A stretch of DNA of 64,000 nucleotides, taken from contig OZ316899.1 of the NCBI GenBank assembly GCA_973895155.1, forward strand, positions 11,399,675 to 11,463,674, read 5' to 3'. The DNA comes from Marsupella aquatica (taxonomy: Eukaryota; Plantae; Marchantiophyta). The translations under genes were made by a program, and so were the position numbers. A model generated the notes under the pieces. That model saw nothing but the letters and a program-made list of their open reading frames with translations. It was not told the DNA's origin and made no database searches. This document shows, one piece after another, positions 23,002 through 36,839 of the stretch (position 1 is its first letter; every line of letters begins with the position of its first letter).

Positions 23002-25051
23002 TAGTATGTTGAACTTACATGCATGTAAATCTTACATTGAATTAATGAGATTCATGATGATTTATATATATATATATATTGATGATTGTAATGAGATTAA
23101 TGTTAATGAGATTGCATTGATGTTGTATGATAGAATCAATATGTACAATCTGATATTGGGGTCATATTACGAGCTATGCGACAACACATTGTTGAGGCCA
23201 TGGTGGCCAACCATGGGCATGATGGAGGGATGCAGGAGGATGATGTACAACATGAGGGTGATAATCCTACTCAAGCACATCTGGATGAGGAGAGGGCCAT
23301 GGATGAGCTCATGGACAAATTTTATGATGATGATGTTGATATTGGTATGGAGGATATGGGTACAACTAATGACAACACCACTCATCCAGGACCTTCTAGG
23401 GGGGGACAGAACAAGGATTGGGAGGAGGCTCAACGTCATGCTTGTACTCGCATATTTGAGGGTAGCACCTTATCTCGGCTCTCCGCAATAATGTTGTTGC
23501 TGAATGTGCAGCAAAGACATGGGGCCAGCAACCTACTTTTGGATGATGTTTTTCGTACCTTGCATGATCATATTTTGCCACCAGGCAATACCATGCCAAC
23601 CTCTTGGAAGGAGGCAAAACAAGTGTTGAAGTCCATTGGTCTCAAGTATGTAGTGATACATGCATGTGTGAATGATTGCATTCTTTTTAGGGGGGAGCAT
23701 GAGAATGCAACTGCATGTCCTAAGTGTGAGAAGCCACGCTACCGTGATGACATGTTGATAGGGAAGGTGCCTCCAAAGGTTATGCGATACTTTCCTCTCA
23801 TCCCCCGATTGCGACATCAGTACCGTTGTGCAGAGTTAGCTGAGTACATGGTATGGCACTCAAAGAATCATTCTGATATGGCTACGAACTCTAGTGCCAT
23901 GCGGATGATGGTTGACTCTCCTGCCAATCGATTTGTTGAGGGCAGATGGGGGGAGTTCACCACTGAACCACGACATGTTCGACTTGGCTTGGCAGCTGAT
24001 GGTATCAGCCCTTTTGCATTGGTGGGTAAAGCAAAACCATATTCAGTATGGCCAGTAGTTTTGACTAACTACAATATCCCTCCATGGATGGCCATGAAGA
24101 AAGGTCATTTACTGCTCTCCATGATCATCCCAGGTCCTAAGCAAGTGTGGCACGGTTCCCAAGTCCTCTAACACCGAGAACTACCCTCAACCGATCATAA
24201 ACCACTTGGTTATGTCGGTCCTCTTTCCTTACGGCAGCTATTTAGCTTGGAAACGCGATACTCTCCTTGGGTCCACACTTACCGGACCGATTCTTTCACT
24301 GGGCTTGTGAATTGTGCACAACTGAGACACCTAATTCCTCTTTAACTTCTTCAGGTATATTTGTATTCTGCCCCCGGAATGTACCTCTACGGCTTAATTT
24401 CTTAAGCCGGCTGAAGGTCTTTTTCAGACTGACTCAACCCACACTTCACCGACTAACACTCTCAATCCTCACTGTTCTCTCAGAGTTTGATTTGGGCAGT
24501 CTCCAATCAAGGCAATGCGATTGTATTTTGCTCAACAGTTCACCCTATCTGACTTTAATCGATCAAGCAACAGATATCATAACACTCAACTTCTTGGATG
24601 GCAAGAATCTGCGAACTATGCAACGAAGCCAACTCAATTCAAACAATTGCTCAGAAATCCAAGGGAACTGGTGGTTTACTGATACCCTGCGGTCTAGATT
24701 TAGCCGAGAGCTTCCTGTGTTTACAACAATACAGATTAACACTAAAGCCTTGACTAAGAAAAAGCCCCTGAAACCATGCTGCCCAGGTTTTTATCCTTGC
24801 AGCGATTTCAAAAACAACAACAGAGATCCTAACCACCACACATGGCCTTCCACCGCGATAATCCAAAAAAAAACTATCACCTAAAAACTTGAATAGCCCG
24901 GAACCCTGTGTGAACCGAGCATCTACTACTATCTAAGCCGACAAGGCGCTACTTGCCCTATCCCATCCTACAACGGCCGCGCCCTTCTGGCCCAAGCCCT
25001 TCTCCTTCCGCCACGTCCTCCTTCCAACCGATGACTGGCCCTCCTTAATTG

Positions 25052-27279
25052 TCAGATGACCGGGGGTAAGTCTGAATCTTCCGACTCTGCACCTTCTCCT
25101 GCCATCGGCCCCGGCCCGACCCCTTCGGCTTCTGTTTTGCCGGCCCCGGCATCGGTCTCGGCATCGGCATCTGCATCTGCATCCGCATCCTCCTGGGAAA
25201 CGGCTTGGAGAGCCTTTGCCTTAACTTCCTCAATCCAAGCCTTTTCCCTGATGCGCTCGGTCTCGATAACCCACGGTTTCATGTTCTGTGTGTCCATAGA
25301 AGCAGTACCATCGTCTAAACCTGTTACCACAGCTCCAAGTTGATCCGCAGTACTTACCTCTACCACCGCTGCCTTCAGGGCCACAGTACCACAAATGTGA
25401 GCAGCCATGCTCTCGACTTCCTCTGGAGTGGCTTTAAGGGTTTTAACTTTATTATCGCCTGGCCCCATGAACGTCTTTGCTAAGTCTGCCACCAACTGCA
25501 TGGCTTTGCCCCCAGTCACACTTGACAACAGAGAGCTTGGCTTCGGCTTCGGCTTCACTATATTTCCGCCTACCATACTACTGTCGGGAAGCCTTTCAGT
25601 TGGTGACCCATATCCCGCTTCGGCATACTTCTTCAATTTCTGCGTTTGATTGTCGGCACGCCTCTGCAGCCCGATCATCTTATCCTTGGCATCCTCCAAT
25701 TCTTGAGATACGTCTTCAACTTCATCGTTAAACCGTAGTATCTCGGCCTTGGCCGTCTTCAACTCCTCATTTAAGATCTGCACGATCTCCAACTCTTGCT
25801 TAGCTACGGTTGCTTTCAAGGAGTCGTTGATACCTTCCAGTTTTGTGACCTCGTTCGTCCATGCCTGCTTTGTCCTGGTTAGCTCCTCCTGAAGCTCCTT
25901 GCGTATCTGTTGAACCCGGTTTAGGTGATCATTGGCCGCCGTGCACATGGCGTCATCATGCTTTTCACGCATGGTCTCCAACCGGTCGAGTAACTTATCA
26001 TACTTCCTTTGGGCTTCTACCAAGGCCTTTTCGCTCTGGGTGGCCTGCTCCTTAGCCGTCTTTCTGAGCCTCTCAACTTGGCGATTTAAACCCTGTACCT
26101 CTACTTTTGAATCGGCTAACTCCAGCTCTATCTTTGTCAACTTTTCCTTGATCTGCTGGTTATCCAATTGGTAGTTTTCAATTGGTTGTTTGCCACATCC
26201 AATTCCTGCTGCCTAGCCAAGAGATCCTACTGAGTTGGTTGAGAAGACTTCATCTTAGCAACTTTGGCCTCCATGGAGCAAAGCCGAGCAATTACTTCCT
26301 CCTTCAATCGCTCCAATGTCATTGCCTCCTCCAGTCTCGTCTGATCAGCCATTTCTTTTCTAAGAAATGGCCCGGATTCCAACTCGTTGCCGAAGATTTC
26401 TAAGGCTAAGAGTCCACACATGTCTCCATACTCCTTAGCCTGATTTCTTGCATAGTTTGACCTCCCAGGTGATACTGGCATCTGCCATCGAGGTCGTCTC
26501 TCCCAAGCTTCAGCCCGTAATTGGTCAAAGTTAGTGAGAGGTTCGGCTTGCCTCTCACTAAGCCGTCTTATTCCTTCTGGCCACTCACCTCCTGGTAGCT
26601 GGCATCCGTGTTCTGCATTCCGGGCCCCCCACTCCTTAATCTTCTCATGTAGCCCGGCTTCAGCTTCCTTCATCTTGTCGAATTCCAATGGCGTCACATC
26701 TGGTGGAGGAGATTCTGGCATTTTCTGGTCCTCCGGTTTGCCATAGAAGACCGCGGGAAGTCTTCTACAAAACCTTCCCATCGTTCTAACTCCTGGGACC
26801 GGCCTCTCCCCATGATTGACATAGTCGTCGTCATAATCATCCACATTGACCTGACTACCTAACATGCCGGCCTCTCCTCCAAAGCCCCCAATCTCCTCTT
26901 CTGAAAATTGTTGGGCTGCAACTGGTTGACCTTCCACCACAGATTCGTTCACTTGGGCTCTGTTAGAAGCTTTTACAACCGGCCTCTCCTAGCCTTGGCT
27001 TACCTCCTCGTCTATCTTCGAATCCATTCGCTCGTCATATTTCTTTCTCTCTTCGGCAGTCATCTTCCTCTCGACCAACTGGATGCCTGCATATGGATTA
27101 TTGCGAGTAGGCCGGCGTAACGGATTTCTCACTACATCATATGTTACTACCTCTGGCTCCTTGATAGGGGAATGCTCCCGTTCTCGTGTTGCCTGTGTTG
27201 CCGACCTCCTCCCGTGGCGTCGTATGTTTAGAGGCTCCTCGTCCTCCTCCACTTCCTCAAGTGGTGCAATGATCTGCAT
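25052..27279 (-). pseudogene. LTR-encoded ORF-B, long coiled coil (family B)
   Basis: LPGGEWPEGIRRL, AWERRPRW, EYGDMCG, LQRRADNQT shared with 50881-53010. Confidence 0.78.
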
Positions 27280-27285
27280 CCGCTC

Positions 27286-28572
27286 CTATATAGGCAACAC
27301 TGGTGCAAAAGACTGGCTTCTTGCATAACGGCAAAGCAATTGCAGATGGTACCCTAGTCTGGATACCGCTCCCTCCCCAATGCTCTGCTTCTCTTCGTTT
27401 AATGCCTTCTTTAACTACATTAAGAGATAGCCGTTGTAGTCTCGGCTTGCATCGATATTCTCTACCAAAAATACCTGGGCTTTGCCGATTTCTGCTCTCA
27501 ACAAGGTACAATGCAATGTGACTCTCAAGAAATCAATCAGCTGCCCTATATGTGGGTTGGTACATTGATTCCTAAAAAACCCATTCTTAGTGGAAGGCCC
27601 TGGAAATGACCTGAACTGGTCGTCCGGCAACGTCTTCCTCTGCTCCACCTTTGTTTTCCTTCCTGTTGGTAAAGCGAACACGGCTTCGATAAGCGCAGGA
27701 GTTAATTCGAACACCTTTCCATACAGCAGCGTTGTGTTGGAAGAAGCCTCCCAGCATCCCACAAAGTCCAACAGATCCTCATCCGGTATGTCTACCATTC
27801 TCCAGGGCAACCTGATAAAGCCCTCCAACCCAGTGTCATTCATATATCCTGCATATTTGTTATCCTGAATGGCACTGAAGACCTCATCCTCATCTCTTGC
27901 GAACTGTAATTGTAAATCGGCAGGTAACCTGTTCGCCCACCCTGTCATGTTTTTATCTTCTATAGCCCGATCTCTAATTGGCCTGGATTCCATCTTGATT
28001 GGTCTCTCTGACCTAGTTCGCTTTGCTGGAGTTGTAGATGCCGAACCTCCCTTGCGCTTCATCTCTTCAGTGCTTGAATACTCCCCAAGAATAGCTGCCT
28101 TCGTCCACTTTGCAGTGTGACCCTTCAATTCCCAAAGTGGTTGCCCGGCGTTCTTGATTGCCTCCTTGATCCCCACGACCTTATTCTCCCAAATTAGCAA
28201 TTTGTCAAGCTTCGCACTGGTGGGTGTCTAGGAGAACTTTTCCAATACCTCCTCCGTATCTACGAATGCCAATTTGTGAATTCCCCACAATCGCGCAAGC
28301 TCTGCTCGTTCTCTGGCTGCGCGCTCTGGCTCAACGTCTTCATACGTAGGTATCAGCTGCCTTGCTTCTTCAAGCAAACAACCCCAAAACTTCCCTGCCT
28401 GATTCACCGTGTTCATTCCACCGAATGCCAAGAACCTGCGCAATTTCTCAAACCACCTCCCCCGTTCGATCGGCAGCTGATTCGCTAGGTTGATCGAACA
28501 AGCAATTGCACTAGTGTACAAAGTGTCGGTCCCCTCCTTACGAAGCCGCCTCCTGATGGCTTGCGTGATCAA
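27286..28572 (-). pseudogene. LTR-encoded ORF-A (family B)
   Basis: Homologous to 49366-50799 (FWGCLLE, ERAARER, GPSTKNGFFRNQCTNPHIG, LGYHLQLLCRY); a few stops. Confidence 0.8.
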
Positions 28573-31199
28573 GCCCTGATTAGGTCATAACCCTAATCCC
28601 ACTTAATCGCGACCGTTGGATCAGATCCCATCACAATTTCCCCCGAACATATTGAAATCGACTTTGATCTTTATAACTCCCTAATTACATCAACCTAATC
28701 TTTATTTAGCCATTATTTTAGGCTTAACTAAGTACTTCGTGATCCTGGCACGGCATCACAGCAAGTAAAAAAGATTGACATCTACTTGCAACCATTGATT
28801 GATGAGCTTTTGCAACTGTGGAGAGGAGTGGATTGTTATGATGGACGTCGCAATACAAGAGGTGTACCTCGCGCATTTACCCTCAAGGCCATCCTTATGT
28901 GGACCATGCATGACCTACCAGGTATGACCTGATAAACCTTAGCTTATTTCCTTGATGCACTACCTTAAACTTAGTGTGCATTAACCTTATTTCATAATTG
29001 GCTGGTTGTATATGGGCTTGGTACAGGGTTTGGCTATATCTCTGGATTGCAAACATCAGGCTATCAAGCTTGCCCTTCATGCGGACCGGATTTGGAGGGA
29101 GTGGCAAGACGCAAGTCAAGTACTTTGCGTAAGATAGTTTACATTGGTCATACCAAATATCTTCCAGCAGACCATCCTTGGAGGAGTGATCATTTCTTGT
29201 ATGACACTGATGAGGGCCAACCTGATACTCGTCCTCAACCTCAGCGAAAGGATCCAACATATTGGAGAGAGGTATGGGAGAGAGTTCAAGACCCTGATGA
29301 TCCATTACAGTTTCTCCGATGTGGCATGACCCGTTTATCTACATTGTCACAGTTGCCATATTGGTCAAAGATGCCCATTAATCACTTGTTGGATGCGATG
29401 CACATTGAGGGAAATGTGGGGAGATCATTGATCCGTCATCTATATGTGGAGAAGAACCACAACTGGAGAGAAAGTTCTGAGGAGATGGGGATGCATGGTC
29501 TTTTGGGTTTTTGGCCATCTTTGGACCCCCCTGGTGATCCCCCTAGCATCCATCCTCCTTGGGTTTTGACCAGGGCAGAGCGCATAGAGTTTCGCAGATG
29601 GATTGGGTCAATGAGGTTTCCCACAGGTTATGGTGCCAATCTTCGTAAGGCATTTTGGGGGGATGATTCTCCAAAATGGCCATCGTACTTGAAAACACAT
29701 GATTATCATTGGTTACCAGAACATGTCATTCCAGTTGCGATTATTGGATTGGGTAGTGAGGAACTTCGTGATGCTCTTTGGTCATTGGGCAAGTTTTTGA
29801 GATGGGTATGTCAGAAGGAGGTACCAGAGGATGACATTGCTGCGATGGAGATATTTGGAGTAGAGGTTGTTTGCAAGTTGGAGAAGGCACTTCCACCCTC
29901 ATTCTTTGATGGTCAGGTTCATTTCCTCATACATTTAGTGCGTGAGGTAGCAATTGCAGGCCCGGTACATTGTCGATGGATGTATTGGGTAGAGCGTTAC
30001 ATGGGGGTGATGAAGTCATATGTCTCTAATCAGGCTAGGGTGGAAGGTAGCATTGCAGAGCGTCATCTTGGAGCAGAGAGTATGTTTTATTGTACAAACA
30101 TAGTTGCCACACTAGATCCAAGGGCACCTAGGGGATGGATAGATGAGGCAGCACGAGAGGCAGACTATGAGGATGATAGACTCACTGGGGCATCAGGAGA
30201 GCGTGGCTTAGGCTCAGCAGAGCGTTTGCAACTTACAACATTTATGTTGTATAACTCACCAGAGGTTTAGGGGAGTGGACAACATTTTATGAGGAGGAGA
30301 AGCAAAATAGTCGACGGCCACGGTTGTTTCCCAAGTTTCACCCATACATGAAATCAAAGTTGTTAGAAGTGGATGCCTTGGTGGGTACCGGAGACAGTAT
30401 ATTACATTACCCACAAGTGACTGATAAGCTTTGTACCTTGGTTCATGGTCCACTGCTTAAAGTCACGACTCGGACGGCAATGTGGTCAAAGGGGAGACAT
30501 TTCCGTGTGGAACGACTTGATGAGAAGAGAGCAGCTACACAAGATTGTGGGGTGATGGGTTGGTTCACCCAGGATTCCCAGAGTAGCACGTCGGACATGA
30601 ACCCCATTCGCTCCACCGTGGCCCATTATGGGAAGATTGATGAGATCCTGACAGTGAAGTACCATGCACATACTACTTTGGAGGAGGTGGTATTTAAGTG
30701 CAAATGGTTCAAGATGAATCTTGTAGGCAACAATTGAACATGTGAAGATGATGCGTGCGGATTTACCCGTTTGAAGACATCTGCAAATAGTGTCATTAGT
30801 TCCAATTGGAGGTCCTCAGATCCCTTTGCCTTCCCACATCACCTTGAGCAGTGCTTTTACCTACCCTATCCAGATGACCCACATTGGTCCATTGTCATGC
30901 CTTATATCCCTAGATCACGGTCTATAGTCCAAGAGAGACCCAATGTCGTTGTAGTGGAAGACAACGACATCCCCGACCCTCCACAAGCTAGTTAGTATAT
31001 TTTGTATGTAGCTAGGCCCCCCCCAACCACACCACCTTCATGTTTTTTTTAATCGGCAATATAAAAGTTGGCATCATTACTTCTTTAATTGTCATGGTAT
31101 GCACATGCCCAAAATCTCTTGGTTATATATAGAAGTGTCCTTACCTTATATACCCTTCCTAAGAATCCCCCCGCCTTATGTCCCATTGACTGTCCCATG

Positions 31200-31725
31200 A
31201 AAAAGCCATCGGATTTCCATCGCACCTTCTAAAAACAGAAACCAGACCGATACTCCCAACTACGGACTATTCCATATAAAACTCATCGAACACACATTTC
31301 CGATCCTCTCCACAACGAACACCTTCTCCTCCTTTGTTGACGAGATATCCGATCCAACATCCGACGGACAATATCCGACATCATTTTTTATGCACAAATT
31401 ATCCGACCCTAAACCCAACGGACACAAATATCCGATGCATTCCGTGACGGTCCTAGTCCGATACAACTACCAACGCAAACATCTTGCGATGCATTAAGGT
31501 TCGGACCAATTATGCGGTCATGGCGACATAGTTTCCGATATGTTTAGTGTCGGCTATTGTCTGATAGTAGTACGATGGGACAGTGTATGCGATGGGTTTT
31601 ACATCAGAATATGTAGGTCCGATGGTATCAGGATCAGAAAATACGTTGCAGGGCATATCGGATATTGTCCAAAGTGTTTGGCATGGGATGAGTGACGTTT
31701 GGCTCAAAAGGAGTATCGGAAAACC
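31200..31725. repeat. CACTA right subterminal repeat array
   Basis: Many TCCGAT/ATCGGA cores. Confidence 0.85.
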
Positions 31726-33324
31726 GCCAAAAATGTACTAGTGTCTATTCCTGAACCTCCTCTAGTGCCCTTGCCTACAGGGGAAGTACCGGGGCAAACA
31801 TCTAACTTTGGGCATACCGGCACAACAGCGGCATGTGATAGCCAAGCCAGGACACGCTTCCCATGCCGATCACCTGTTGTTCCTCCTTCAAGATCTTGTT
31901 AAGTTGGGTGAGGAGGTACCCGTTGTAGTCCCGGCTTGGGTCTGGCCTCTCTGCCAGGTAGACCTGTGCCTTGCCAATCTTTGGCCTTGGCAAGTTGCAA
32001 TGCATGGTTACCCGCAAAAAATTGATCACCTCTCCGATGTGCGGGTTGGTGCAGGTGTTCGAAAGAAGCCATTCTTTGTTGATGACCCTGGGAACGACCG
32101 AAACTCCTTGTCTAGCAAGGTCTTCCTGGTATCTACTTTGGTCTTATTGCCCATTGGCAAGCCAAACGCTTTGGCAATCACCCGGGGAGTGAGATAGAAT
32201 CCTTCCCATACACCCTTGTGGAATTGGTCTCGGGCTCCCATGATCCCACAAATTCTAATAAGTCTGAATCTGGCACCTCCGGCTTCAGCCATGGTAATTT
32301 CACGAAGCCTTCCAAGCCAGATCCGACCATGAAGCCCTAGTACTTCCAAGTCTGCATAGCCGTAAAGCATGCATCCTCTTCACGTGCAAAGTGTAATTGC
32401 ACTTCCTCGGGGAGGGTTGCCGCCCAGCCTTTCTAGGTGTCATCCCTTGTTGGAACGACATTGATGGGGTCAACCTCCTCTTCTTTGGCTTCTTCCTGCC
32501 TCCTGCTCCCTTGCTGGGCTGGCTTCCTTGGTGCCGCTGACCTCGTTCTCTTTGCAGGGGTGGTCTCTTCATGTTGTTCGCTTTCCTCTTCATAGCTGCT
32601 GCCGTGGATGTTTTTTTGAGGACGGTTGCCTTTGTCCACCCCTCCGTGCTACCCTTCAACTCCCAGTGTATGTTGTTGCAGTTGTTGATGGCTTCCTGGA
32701 TGCCGACTATTCTGTTCTCGCAAAGCTAAAGGTCGTCTAGCTCGTCGCCAGTAGGTGTCCATAGGAATTCAGCCGTGATGAGTTCTCCTCCTAAGAAGGC
32801 AGACTTCTGCAGCTCCCATAGTCGAGCGAGCTCCTGCCGTTCTTGAGCTGCTCTTTCTGATTCTTTGTCCTCGTAGGTCCCAATGTACTTACTTGCCCGT
32901 TCTAACAGGCATCCCCAAAAATGAGCAGCTTGATTGACGTTGCTCATACCCTTCTTGAGTTGATAGTCGGTATCTGCTCCCACCCCAAGTGCTTGCCTAA
33001 GTAGCTGATAGTAGTTGGCCTCCCGTAGTTGTCTACTTAGTTTGTGCTTGCAAATGAGCCATCATTCTTTGCGACCGGTCCTTACCCCCCCCCTTGCCCG
33101 GTCCTCCTTCCCGTTGGTTACCCATAGCCGCCAACACTTAGCGCACCCTAACCCTAATTGTGTTCCCTCCCCCGACGTCCTTACTTCGGCCTCGGCTCAG
33201 GTTCCATAGTCACCCTCAATTGTTTATATTTTCCATGTTTTTGTTACTATACTAATGTGTTTCTAGGGTACACTCCTGATTTTACCATTTAAACTAGCCT
33301 AGTGATTCCTGGCTAGGCATCACA

Positions 33325-34087
33325 ACCGGCGACGGCTAGTGACCGGTGTAAACGGCCCAATGTAATCAATGCCCCATTTTTCAAATGGTGCAAGCGGAAG
33401 TACGGAGGTGAGAGGGTGGTTGTGTGACTTCCTTGGTGCGCCGGCCCTTTGGCACAAATCACACCCCTTAATAAAGCGTTGTACATCCCGGTGTAACGTG
33501 GGCCACCAATATCCCAAATCCAGGATCTTTTGGGCAGTGGTGATGGCCGCAAAATGGGCCCCCGTGTCCTCTTTGTGTAAGACCCGCATCACGATGAGTG
33601 TTTCCTTGTATTTGAGGCAGCGCCGTAGCTTCCCGTTAACTCCTTCCTTATGCAAGTGGCCTTGTATCATCATGTACGGCCCGGCCTTGCGTAAAAACAC
33701 TGTTGCAGCCTCCTGATTAATCCCATTGGGTATCCTCCTTGTCAAGAGAAGTGTAATGAGTGGTCCGTACGAGGTGGGCGTGCCCTGTACTACATGGAAC
33801 AACTCCTCATCCAGGAAGGCATCGTTGATAGGCTGATCGACGGGTATTCCATCCAATCATGAAAAGAAATTTGCGTTGAGGTGTGCCTTTCCTGGCCAAA
33901 CCCAAACTTTGTAATTAAACTCTTGCAAGAGCAAAACCCATCTGGCTACCCGTCTTGTGACATTTGCTTTGTTTACCATGTACTTCAGGCTATCATGATC
34001 CGTATGGAAAATAACTTTGTATCCAAGCAGATAGTGTCGGAATTTGTTACACGAATAGATAATTCCGAGAGCCTCTCGATCCGTAGG
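33325..34087 (-). pseudogene. Older Gypsy pol (RNase H-integrase) that hosts the nest; continues at 55123-55489
   Basis: REALGIIY...KFRHYLLG, HFAA...WWPTLHRD...CDLCQ, KWGIDYIG; the reading EKNYSP|TDREAL rejoins across the 34088-55122 insertion. Confidence 0.88.
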
Positions 34088-34759
34088 TGTGACGCCAATG
34101 ACATGGTCCTTATTCTATAATCTGATTAACTAGGCTGTTGTATGCAAGGAGTAGCTATTGATATTGCATAACAATTAGCAAGTTGGCAAGAATAAGGGCA
34201 ATCATGGTGTTAAGAGTAGGGATAAAGGTATTTCAGCTTGAAGACTGCACAACCAAGGCAGACACAGTTGAGGTAGTCACTGTCAAGGCCACAAAGGAGA
34301 AACCGGGGAAGAGAGGATTCAGGTCTTCAGGCATACCATCTTCTTGACAAGCAAGATGGAGCATGGAGGCTCTTCAAGATGCCGGTACGGAGGTAGGCGT
34401 GGTAATTCAAGGAAGCGAGTCTCCATAGCTGAATATGAAGTTGTGGGGTATGGTGATTGTTCTCAGGATGAAATCTAAATGTCTTGGGTGTGTAGCTTCA
34501 TTTTGTTAGTTAGGTTAGTGGTTCATAGTCTAGTCTTAGAATGTTAGGGAAATAAAAGGCTATATCGCAGGTGGTCGGTGACCATATCTCATTCAATACG
34601 TCACCAAATCCGGATCTGTAAAGAGCATTGGAAAGATCTGGTCAAGACGAGTAAAATCTATATAAAACACTTGGAAAATAGAAGTGTATTAAGAAAGATA
34701 CGGCCTGATTAGTGTGACAGGTTAACTTGTGGTCGGAATTAGCGGACTCGACTTCGGTT

Positions 34760-35095
34760 TCGGGTTAACCTAAGCTCAGCCACGGCTTAGCTTATGTGAG
34801 CACGGCTTCAACTTAGCTCAGGTCAGCACGGCTTTAGCTTAGCTCAGGTCAGCACAGCTTCAGCTTAGGCTTAACCCAGGTTTGGATTAGATTGATCCCG
34901 GGTTAGACTGAACTTGGGTTAGCCTAAACTCGGGCTCGGGTTAGCATAGGTAAGCTCGGGTTCGGGCTCAACTTAGCTTAGGTTAGCGGATAGCGGGTAG
35001 TGGCCTAACCCGAGATGACGGGTTAGCTCTACTCAGGTTAGATAGGATAGCTAGGTTAGCCAAACTTGGGTTAGCTATGTAACTCGGGTTAGCGC
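34760..35095. repeat. Degenerate tandem repeats (26-bp GCACGGCTTYAGCTTAGCTCAGGTCA units, then a GGTTAG-rich tract)
   Basis: Seen directly in the sequence. Confidence 0.75.
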
Positions 35096-35988
35096 AGTAG
35101 TGAGTACCCTCTCTCAGTTGCGAGGGCATAACTCTCTGTGTATTTGACCAAATTGGCTATAATTGACCTCTTTGGAAAGAGGAGCTCAAGCCGCTTCCAA
35201 CGCTGCTATCTACACAGCAGATGGTTGAATAGAGAAATCGTGAGAGGAGGCGCAAGCTCGCAAAAACTATGGAGGAGGGCCAAATCCGAAGTACATACTA
35301 GCCAATTCGAGATAGAATAAAGCTGCAAGTTAGGGTTTGGTAGTTAGAATAGTGGTGGCTTTGTTAGAGCTGGGATGGGACTCCAGCAGCGTAGCATCCA
35401 CCCATTTGGGCTCAATGTGAGAGTATATAGAGCAGCCCCCCGGTAGAGGCAAGACCGGGAGGGGGACTTCAGTTGTGTGATCTCACGTAGACTGAGCAGC
35501 AGGGAGGAGCTCTGTGCAAGGAAGGCTAGGCTTGGAAGCTGTGTGTTGGGGTGAGCTTGGTTGTGCTATACTCAGGGAGTGATCAACCACGCTTCACAAC
35601 AACAGTTGGCCAGGTTTGCAAGTTGGATTGTGGCTCTTTCTAGTAGGCAACACAACTGGGTTCTTTTCCCCCGATACAAAGCCTTGGTGATAGGTGATGT
35701 GTTGGTGATTGTAAAATGTGGGGAGGATTTCAATGTGATTTGCGGTGAGCACATTAGGGAGGTTGAGATACTGATTGAGGGGCAGCAGGAGAAGCATTTC
35801 TAGTTTAGTCTGGCAAGGCTACGTGATCCATGGGGAGTCTTGGCCTTTGTCTGGTAGAGAGCACTAAGGGATTTATGGCCAGAGCTGAGCTGGCAGGGCA
35901 AGTGTGAGGCTGGGCCTCATTGTAGTCTCGCCGTTAGGCCTGGTACTAGCTTTTAAGTCGAGTCAACTATGCATGCGTAACTTACCAT

Positions 35989-36339
35989 TGTCATGCCGAG
36001 GGACAATGCCTCTTGTGCACATCGGCATGTCCCTCGCATGCCTGCTAGGTATGTAGTTAGGGCTAGTGTACTACTTGAGTTAGTGTCATGTTCTTGTAGC
36101 GAGTCTGGGCCGTTCTTGAAGCAAAGGTGTTTGTTAGTGTGATGCCTGGACCCGGTCCTACTTAGGGCATGTTTTTCTTTGCCGTTTTTCTTGAATTGCT
36201 GTTGACAGAGCTCAAATAGTGCTCGTCGGTTCCGTTCACGGGATTCACACAGTGATTCATTAGATGCTCCCGGCCGATCTTGGCATCCCGCCGGTTTTCG
36301 ATTCAATTTCAGTACGATTGTTTCTCTTACGCCTTTTAT
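35989..36339 (+). repeat. Terminal repeat A1 (351 bp)
   Basis: Direct repeat of 45392-45748; not followed by B. Confidence 0.95.
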
Positions 36340-36839
36340 TCAAGAAGAACTCGTCGAGATAGTGGTGAGGGGAAGAGGATTGCTTGTGACGATTTTGACA
36401 ATTTTTGGTGAAGCCATTGCAATTTCTTTGACGAACATCGGAGTGACGAGTTAAAAGTTATGGGTTTATTGTGGTGTTATGTGTATACTTAAGTGTATAC
36501 ACATAACAAGGGGCCCCAATTTTTTTCCCAGCCGCAACCTTCTTTGTGACCTACATCGGCGACTTGCTGCCGACTGCACAGGCCGTTGCGCCCTCACTCG
36601 CGTTTTTAAGACCCTTTGGGAGTTTGGGGCCCCTTTTTCGTTAGTTTTTATGGCCATTTCCCGGCCATGGCTGTCGCGCGACCACCACCGGACTGCCTCG
36701 GCCATTGCGCGCGACTACTTCCCAACTGCATAGGGCCGCACGCCCCTTTTCTTTATGCCTTTCTTACTCTTTTGCCTCGTTGCCTCACTATTCCTTCTTT
36801 TTGCTTCCTGTCGTGGCCAAGCATAAGCGAGAGAGGATG

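Larger units (their letters stand above)
24146..28760 (-). mobile_element. Solo LTR, Gypsy family B (4615 bp, sister of family A)
   Basis: TG...CA; 5-bp TSD GCAAG at 24141-24145 and 28761-28765; start TGTGATGCCGTGCCAGGATCAC resembles family A; no gag or pol inside. Confidence 0.93.
23134..30995 (+). pseudogene. CACTA TnpD/Tnp2 transposase, interrupted by a solo LTR
   Basis: IHACVNDCILF, CPKCEKPRY, RLGLAADGISPF, IIPGPKQ|VKKIDIYLQPLIDEL across the insertion; intron 28922-29026; LDAMHIEGNV, LKTHDYH, WMYWVERYM; frameshift near 30265 and stop near 30735. Confidence 0.93.
17320..31743. mobile_element. CACTA/EnSpm DNA transposon (about 9.8 kb without the nested solo LTR)
   Basis: TIRs CACTAGTATATTTT / AAAATGTACTAGTG; 3-bp TSD TCT at 17317-17319 and 31744-31746; subterminal repeats; TnpD-type transposase. 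Confidence 0.96.
5709..33324 (-). mobile_element. 5' LTR of the family A element, split into three pieces (5709-6357, 16911-17319, 31744-33324) by the MULE and CACTA insertions
   Basis: Starts TGTGATGCCTAGCCAGGAATCAC at 33324 (minus strand); the pieces are collinear with 49251-51805 once the two DNA transposons are removed. Confidence 0.88.

Noticed and set aside
22937-23491. Met-rich 184-aa ORF
   Set aside because: Alternate-frame reading of an intron with an (AT)n tract plus the acidic TnpD N-terminus.
24267-24884. 205-aa plus-strand ORF
   Set aside because: Antisense to the non-coding 3' part of the family B LTR; no ATG start, no motifs, no counterpart in family A.
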